A stretch of DNA of 64,000 bases from the human T2T-CHM13v2.0 reference genome, Homo sapiens: assembly GCF_009914755.1 (NCBI RefSeq), contig NC_060936.1; one strand, given 5' to 3'. Numbering within the stretch: the first letter of the stretch is position 1; every line of letters starts with the position of its first letter. The translations under genes and the position numbers were made by a program. The notes beneath the pieces were generated by a model. The model made no database searches. It saw only the letters and a list, made by a program, of their open reading frames with translations, and was not told where the DNA came from. Shown piece after piece: positions 56,080 to 64,000 of the stretch.

Positions 56080-59000
56080 AATACCTGAATCTTCATGGGC
56101 CTTTTCTTCAATTGATGTAGGAAGAATTAAAGTGTGGAACCTATAAAAGTCCAAATAGACCATTCTACACTTTTGCTTAAATTTTCACAATATCCACTAA
56201 ATCCTGAAGCAATTTCAGGGCTCTCACCAATTATAGAAGATTTAATTAAACAAGGACTTATAATTTCATGCACCAGCCCTTGTAACACTCGAATCCTACC
56301 AGTTAAAAAGCCAAATGGATGAGGTTGGAGATTTGCTCAGAATTTACGGACAAGCAGTAAAATTGTAATACCAAGTTTTTCTGTAGTCCAAAATCCTAAT
56401 ACTCTATCATTTAATGTACCCACTGATTCCAAGTGGCTCACGGCAATAGATCTCTGCTTAGTCTTCTTTAGACTGCTCGTTCATAAAGAGCATCAACACT
56501 TGTTTGCCTACTAGAAAACATCAGCTGTACCCCTGGACTATAGTGCCACTGGGGTTTACCAAAGCCCCTTCCTATTTTTCGTAGGCATTGCATCAGGACT
56601 TAATTATACTACAGTTTCCTCAAAATCCTACTCTCATTCAGGAGGTAGGTGATTTCTTGTTATACTCCCCCACTAAAGAGCAGAGTGCTCTGAAATTGAC
56701 TGTTTGCCTTTCATAGCAACTCTCACATAAAAGTCACAAGGCTTTTATGGAAAAACTTCAGTTTTCAGAGAAAGATCCCACTATTTGGGACATGACTTGA
56801 CTGCTAAAGGGATTTCCCTCTCACCTAAGAGGGTAAAAACTATTCAGTTTTCATCAACCTGCAACCAAAAGACAATTGAGAGGTTTTCTTGGACTTGCAG
56901 GATGTTACAGATTCTGAGTTCCAAATTTTTTCTTAATGGTCTCGTCATTGTATGAGTCCACTAAAAATGCTGTACCAGAGACTTTATCTTGGGAAGACAG
57001 TCATGAGCAGTCTTTCAGCCAACTGAAATTGACTTTACAACCGCCTTCAGCTTTAGAAATTCCAAATTACACTAAACCTGTTACCTTGCTCATTCATGAA
57101 CATAACTGTCAGGCATTAGGAGTTCTTAGTGAAGAATATGGGGGAAAACATAGGCCAATTGCATATTATATCCCAGAATTAGACCCAGTGGCTAAGGCAT
57201 ATCCTAGTTGTTTAAAAGCAGTAGCAACAGCAGCCAAGCTGTAAAAGCTTCATCTGATCTGGTTTTAGGAAATGAACATAATTTGCAAATCCTACATGTT
57301 GTGGCAAGTCTACTAAATTCCAACAAAGCCCAGCATTTTTCAGTAAGTAGACTAACGTCTTATAAAATACTTCTCCAGTTTCCTAATCTTTGTCTAAAAT
57401 GCTCAGTACACTTAACCCTCCTACTCTATTACCTCTGCCTAACAATGATGAAGACCACAATTGTGTAACAGTAGTGTCAGAAATAATTACCTCTCATGTT
57501 GACTTATGAGATGCTCCACTGGGTAATATTGAATTAAAATTAAAATATTGGCATGTGTTCTATGCCAAAAACTCAGAAGGAAAATATCAGGCAGGGTGTG
57601 TTGTTGCCACTTATAATAAATGAATAGGGAATGGAATTCTTCCTCAATTTAAGTCAACTCAAGCTGCAGAGCGTTTTGCCCTCACCCAAGCTTGTCATGT
57701 AAGTAAATACAAGTGAGTAAATCTTTATATGGATGGCAGATATGCTTTTGGAGTAATTCACAATTTAGACATAATATGAAAACTATGAGAGTTTCTCACT
57801 TTTAGCAGGACTCCCATCACAAATGGACTCCAAGTAGATAAACTCATTTTTGCTATCTTGTTACCATAATAGATCACTGTTACTAACATTGAAGCTGATA
57901 CCTATAGATCTGAACCTATTTTGGTTCAGGGAATAATTTATCACATTTTTATGCTAAATCTGCTACTGCTTAAAACTGTTTGGATATGCAATCTAAATAA
58001 ACTCCATAAGATTAATCCAAGCCAACTCCCTTGCGGTGACCTATTTAATAAGCAGTGCAATGTACCTGATTTGAAGAAACAAAATTTGTATCTTAAAAAA
58101 TGTAAATTTAATGTTAAATGCAGGCTCACAGAGGGCCCAGACAGCCTCCTGGTTCTTCCTGAGTTTTTGAAGCTTCCGTTCTTAAAAGTTCTGCATTCCA
58201 CAACTTATCACTAAACAGACAAAATAATCTAAATTATGAAATAAGTACAGTTGAGGTGATTGTTCCAAAATTGCTAAAATGGTCTATAACAATGTTTGGC
58301 TTGTCAAACTCATAATCCTGGAAAAATAATTAAAATTTTAGGTGGTGTATTTCCACTACCTGATGGAACAAAGCACATTTACAGATGGACTTCATTCAGC
58401 TGCCACCCTTAGTGAGATATCAGTAAGTTCTTGTAATCATTTGCATGTTTTCTGATTGAGTAGAGGTCTTCCTGGGTAGGAAAGCTGATGCTATGACAGT
58501 AGCTAAGAAATTATTAGAAAATACGTTTCCTTTATGGAGCGTCCCTGGAAAAATCTCCAGTGATAGGGAAACTTATTTTACTGGGTAAGTTATAAATCAG
58601 TTAAATAAGGTGTTAGTCACTGTCAGTTTTCTGGAAAGGGTTGAAATAAAAAAAAAATGCATATTAAAACTGAAATTGGCAAAGTTAATGGAATCAATTG
58701 GGTTGCCTTGGTCAAAGTAATACCTTTGGCTTTAATGGCAATCATATCCACTCTCACTGGAAAACATGAATTACCCCTTAGGAAATAGACACTGGAAGAT
58801 GTATACCCCTAATAATATAACTTCATGCATGTCCTGCTCCCCTAAACTCTGCTATGCCTAAATACCGTAAGGCTTTAATGCATTATGCCAAAGTGTACTT
58901 TCACCAGATAAAGAAGGTTTTTGAGATCCACCAACTGAGGGCAATCAAACCTTCCACAGTCTAGAACCTGGAGAATGGGTCTTCTGGAAATGCCATCACA

Positions 59001-59210
59001 GGAAGGCTGCTCTTGAACCTTGTTGGAAGGGGCCATACCAAGTTCTTCTCACAACCCACACTGCAGTGAAGCTTCAGGACCTTAAACGTTGGATCCACAT
59101 CTCACACCTCAAAAGCGCCCCTTCAGACTCCTGGAACTGTACGCCTGCTGGAGATTTTAAGGTAAAGCTGACCAGGGAAATCTCTCCATACAAGCAGACA
59201 GAATCCAAGT
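56080..59210 (+). pseudogene. pol: pol remnant (RT, RNase H, integrase)
   Basis: QYPLNPEA...QGLIISCTSPCNTRILPVKKPNG*GWRFAQNLR; VPLGFTKAPSYF; LIQEVGD (degenerate YVDD); HRPIAY..ELDPVAKAYPSCLKAVA; CLACQTHNPG; LQMDFIQLP; ISSDRETYFT; WKGPYQVLLTTHTAVKL..WIHISH. Confidence 0.95.
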
Positions 59211-59728
59211 CATGAGCTTCTTTCTCAAGATCACAGATCAAAACTTCGCTGCAAACATGAAAACTTTATGTGCTTTTTTTTTTTTTTTCCTATTTCTTAC
59301 TTTCTGTTGCTCTAATTCTTTCCTTTTCCTGCAGGAAAATCCATGGGACCATACGCAATGGATGGCTTTAGCTCAAGATTATGCTCTAATACAAAACCAT
59401 TAATTGTTGGGTTAGTTAGTTAATGCCAAAAAATCAAGAAACAATTACACTGATGCCAATGCCTCTCAACATTTGCAATGACAATCACCTTGAAACTCCA
59501 AGGGAAGAATAAAAAGCTATCCTTGATATTCTAAACATTGTTGCTACTTGCTTTCCTGCATTCACTAAAAATAGCACTCTTATTTTTTAATAAATAATAT
59601 AGAAAACAAATCCAAATGATGCCTGCAAAAGGTATGTTATGCTTCCTGGCATTACACACTCAAGATTTGGGAATCATCTATGCGGTTACAATTATTTGCT
59701 TGGATTAAATCCAGTTGGGTCTCTTTTT

Positions 59729-59741
59729 ACTAAATGTGGAG

Positions 59742-59800
<59 letters not shown>

Positions 59801-60000
59801 GCACACTAAATGTGGAGATATATATCTACACATTTATATATATATATATACACACACATATATATATATGGTCTCCACATTTATGTGTGTGTGTATATAT
59901 ATTACATATATAGATTCCTCTATATATACACACACATAAATGTGGAGACATACATGTATAGAGGAATATATATGTATATATAGAGGAATATATAAATGTA

Positions 60001-60033
<33 letters not shown>

Positions 60034-60058
60034 CCACATTTAGTGTGCATATACATAT
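59729..60058. repeat. Complex (TA)n/(CA)n/(TG)n microsatellite with interspersed direct and inverted 10-16-mers
   Basis: TAAATGTGGAGA at 59731, 59807 and 59937; reverse complements at 59825 (degenerate), 59872 and 60033 (partial). Confidence 0.95.
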
Positions 60059-60519
60059 GCCCTTACACCCTAACACTTACAGGGTGCCATAGAAAAGCGA
60101 ATTTCCTACTGGCCCTTGTTCAAGAACTATGCAGATTTATGGGCAAACAAATCTAACTGACCCCTGCTCAAATGCAACTAGGTGACCCTCTTTTCCAGTC
60201 TCCGAGGGCCTATATTGGATCTGCAGAAAATCTGCATATTTCATTTTTTACTTCCTCTTTGGTTTGGATCTTACTATTTGACTTGGCCTGCTTTCGAATA
60301 GCTTTCCCTGAAAATTCTCATAACAGCAAGTCTTATGATCAGAGGCCAAAGTGGTCAATAACCAAAATTATCAGTAGCATGGAAATAGACAAAGATAAGC
60401 TAGTTTCCACTGAGGAAAGATTCTAGGGAGGTTTCTGGGGGCTCGCTCTTAGAGTAGTGGGGTACCAGTTGTATGAAATTTAAAGCTAATCCATAAATTG
60501 GGAAAAATTGGATTTTCAG

Positions 60520-60921
60520 TATATTAGTCTGTTCTCATGATGCTAATAAGGACACACCTGTGACTGGGTAATTTATAAAGGAAAGAGGTTTAAAGGGCTC
60601 TCAGTTCCACATAGCTGGGGAGGCCTCACAACTGTGGTGGAAGGCAAATGAGGAGCAAAGTCACATCTTAAATGGCAGCAGGCAAGAGTGCATGTGCAGG
60701 GAAACTTCTCTTTATAAAGCCATCACATTTTATAGTGAGACTTATTCACTGTCACAAGAACGGTTAATAGTGAATGGTAAGGCTTATTCACTGTCACGAG
60801 AACAGCATGGGAAAAGCCCGTGATTCAATTACCTCTCACTGGTCCCTCCCATGACACATGGGAATTATGGGAGCTACAATTCAAGATGAGATTTGGGTGG
60901 GGACACAGCCAAACCATATCA
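60520..60921 (-). mobile_element. THE1B-like solo LTR inserted in env
   Basis: ...GATGAGATTTGGGTGGGGACACAGCCAAACCATATCA; perfect TSD TTCAG (60515-60519 and 60922-60926). Confidence 0.96.
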
Positions 60922-61711
60922 TTCAGCCACTCAAACCTCCCATAGTTTCAGGTGGGTAGAAGCCATTTTCTGAAAGATATAAAGTAACATATGTGTTCAA
61001 CAGAAACACTTAAATATCATGCAGCTTTAGATCTTTTTACTCAAGGTAGGAGCCTATGTTTGGCATTTAACAAAACTCAATGTTATACTTCTCTCTCCCC
61101 TGATTTTGTTACTACAGAAAACTTAATTATTAATAAAAATGTGGCTGGTACTGCTGTTTCCTTAGACACTGCCAACAAACACATTAAAGAAACCTCCCAA
61201 GACAAAAGAACACATGATGTGTTTACAGGAGCAATTAGAATTTGGTTTGCAAACATCCTAAATAATGGATGGCAAGTTTGGGATTTCCAAAGGTTTCTAA
61301 TCTTTTTATTTTTTCTAGTTAGGTCTCCAGGTTATTATGACTTGTGTTACCAAGGTAACAATGAAAATGGATACCTCTTTAAATCAGACCACGTTACAAC
61401 CATGGTTCTTAATCTCTATCATACTCCAAATAATGACTGTGACCAATTAGACACTAATGCTGTTGAACTGCCTACATTGCCTGAGCTTTGGTTTGTTTAA
61501 CATGGTTTGGCTCATTTCATAACAACTCTTGTTAAGAAATACACCTTTGTATTTTGATGTTATCTTTTTGATAGTCATGATAATTATCCCTCTTGTGTTC
61601 TATAGCCTCTCACATCTTAAATGTTTTCTGTGCAGCCATCCGTTGAGAGTTAGTTTCACTTTGACTAGGTCAGCAAGAACAGAATGAATCATTCAGCTGA
61701 TGTGAAGCTGT

Positions 61712-61804
61712 GACTTGTGAACTCCATGCTGACACCAAAGAAGACTTGTGAACTTCATATTAAGACTACAGAACACTTGTGAATTTCATATTGAGACAAA
61801 ATAA
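61712..61804. repeat. 3 x 31-bp tandem repeat in the proviral 3' untranslated region
   Basis: GACTTGTGAACTCCATGCTGACACCAAAGAA / GACTTGTGAACTTCATATTAAGACTACAGAA / CACTTGTGAATTTCATATTGAGACAAAATAA. Confidence 0.9.
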
Positions 61805-61879
61805 GTCATTTACAGAGGTGACAGGGAGTAAAGTTATTGCCTAAAGTTTGGCCATTCTCTCTAAATTGAGAGGCTGAGC

Positions 61880-61892
61880 AAAAGGAGTGGAT
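61880..61892 (+). promoter_or_regulatory. Polypurine tract
   Basis: AAAAGGAGTGGAT immediately 5' of the 3' LTR. Confidence 0.75.
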
Positions 61893-62303
61893 TGTTAAAT
61901 GAAACTAAAATCTGGCCTGAGAAAATATTCTTATTCTTGAGTCCTTATGGATGAACTCTAACCTAATTTAGTAGATAGGCATACTCCTAACTGAGGAGTA
62001 TGCTTCTGTCCCAGCAGCCATACTTTAACCATTCACAGACAGCCAACTGTTCAAACCGTGTTCAAATAAGGCAAATGCTGAGCTATAACCAATCTGGCTG
62101 TTTCTGTATATCACTTCCATTTTCAGGACAACACTATTATTTTTCTGTTCATAAATTTGCTCTGACCATGTGGCATCCTTGGAGTCTCTCTGAATCTGCT
62201 GTGATTCCGGGGGGCTACCCAATTCTCAAATCTTATTATTAGCAGTAGTAGTATTTTGCTTAATTAAGCTGTATTAAATTTAAATTTTAAACTACATTTA
62301 ACA
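61893..62303 (+). mobile_element. 3' LTR (MER57 family)
   Basis: TGTTAAATGAAACTAAAATCTGGCCTGAGAA...GGAGTCTCTCTGAATCTGCTGTGATTC...TTTAACA; homologous to 53550-53988. Confidence 0.9.
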
Positions 62304-63322
62304 TTGCCAAATTCACAGCCTTTGGAAGGTTACCAGAAATCTTTCACATAACTACTCCTTAACCACTTTCACCTTCATCAGAATATAATTTTAAACAAGC
62401 AGATATTCTTGAGCAGATATATTTGAGAACAGCTAAAAAGTTTCCAAAATTATTTCTAAAAACCAGTTTCTTCTTGAAAATAAGTAGCATATTCCAAGTA
62501 AAATCTAATCTATCAATAGCAGTTTTAATATCATGTTCCTTCAAAGATACCTCATTAACTTTTTTAATAATTAAATGAGGAAACAGTATGGCAACAGTGA
62601 AATTTGTATAACTTTAATGACTCATTAATACAGGCGTATACTATCTCTCTAATATGTACTATTTGAATGTAAATACCAATTATATGAATTTGATGTAAAT
62701 ACCAAATTCATATAAATAAAAATCACTGTCATCATTTAAATGTTCTATAAGCATAATTTTACAAAGGAGTTCTCTCTTTATGTAATAGACATGCAATACC
62801 TCAATTCATGTCCCCTACTCTTTATATAGCGATTTTAGTGTTATATTTAAAATAATAGTTTGCACTTATATTGCATCCTAAGGTGCCATATTTTCTTACT
62901 GAATAATATATGTTTAAAAGCTTTAATATTTTTCCCAGTCGAGTATTTTCCTAGTTAGTATTATTTTCTAAAACACTGTTTCTCTATGATAAACGCATTA
63001 TGCCATAATTGAAGAAATCCACTATCAACATACCTCAACTTCTAAAATATGACTCCCACTATAAAGATGAAACTCCTTTTGTAAAGTAAGCAATAACCTT
63101 TTTATATACTTGCGTTGAAAGTTTGAATTTTCTAAGATTTTCCTTATTTCAAGAAAAATATTCTCTTTTTTGTACTCAAATTACTAAAAACATATATTTT
63201 AGGCTTTGATTCATATGGGTATCACACTAGATAGTTACTTCTAGCATCTGTTTGTTGTAAAGCTCGGTGTACCCTTAAGGCATACCCTTCATAAACATTG
63301 AACATAAAAAACACTGTTATTA

Positions 63323-63712
<390 letters not shown>

Positions 63713-64000
63713 TTAAACAAGAACTCCACTTTATTTCTAGAAAATGAAATTGTTAAGTTGTAAATCAGAGCCGTGCCAGGGCACCAAGCAATTCTTGATC
63801 TTCAAACAATGCTACGATATTTCAGAAATACTGATTTACATTATATCTCCCCTCCAGAGAATCTTAAGTTTACTTCTGCAAGGCAATGAAAACCTTTTAA
63901 ATGATATGTTTGGCATTTTCTTATTTTATAAACAGGCAGAATAAAATATGTAGCAGGTCCTGAAATATGCACCTGACCTAGAATATGTGAGTAGATGGAT

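Larger units (their letters stand above)
59257..61490 (+). pseudogene. env: env remnant, interrupted by a microsatellite block and a THE1B LTR
   Basis: Signal-peptide-like MKTLCAFFFFFLFLTFCC; NCWV (CWxC-like) near 59403; immunosuppressive-domain-like HAALDLFTQGRSLCLAFNKTQCY; membrane segment WQVWDFQRFLIFLFFL. Confidence 0.85.
53550..62303 (+). mobile_element. Near full-length decayed class I (ERV1) provirus with MER57-family LTRs
   Basis: LTR-PBS-gag-pro-pol-env-PPT-LTR order; two homologous TGTTAAA...AACA LTRs; all genes carry stops and frameshifts. Confidence 0.95.

Noticed and set aside
59729-60058. Recurring TAAATGTGGAGA with spacers, superficially CRISPR-like
   Set aside because: Repeats are too short and occur in both orientations, spacers are microsatellite, there are no cas genes and the DNA is primate.
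54280-61500. Possible domesticated retroviral gene (syncytin/HEMO-like or gag-derived)
   Set aside because: Every gene has multiple stops and frameshifts and mutated catalytic motifs (DTRA, EVGD, zinc-knuckle His to Gln), and env is split by two insertions.

Overview
Repeat-rich, AT-rich non-coding DNA from a simian primate, human-like (intergenic or deep intronic). I found no host protein-coding exon, RNA gene, CpG island or CRISPR array. Nearly all ORFs in the track are artefacts of Alu, MaLR, ERV, L1 or microsatellite sequence. The dominant feature is an ~8.75 kb decayed class I endogenous retrovirus (53550-62303). It has two MER57-family LTRs, a tRNA-Leu primer-binding site, recognisable but broken gag, pro, pol and env, and a polypurine tract. 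Its env is interrupted by a palindromic microsatellite expansion and a THE1B LTR, and appears to be followed by the membrane-anchor remnant of a second env. The window also holds a full-length THE1 element with perfect TSDs, a second THE1/MST element cut by the window edge, an ERVL integrase/dUTPase fragment, many solo LTRs, 14 Alu elements, L1/L2/MIR fragments, Tigger and MER5 DNA transposons, and several small templated duplication/inversion scars. I did not find a convincing novel functional system; the best leads are retroviral-evolution and mutational-mechanism observations. Subfamily names come from recalled consensus sequences, not a database search, and boundaries of old elements are approximate.
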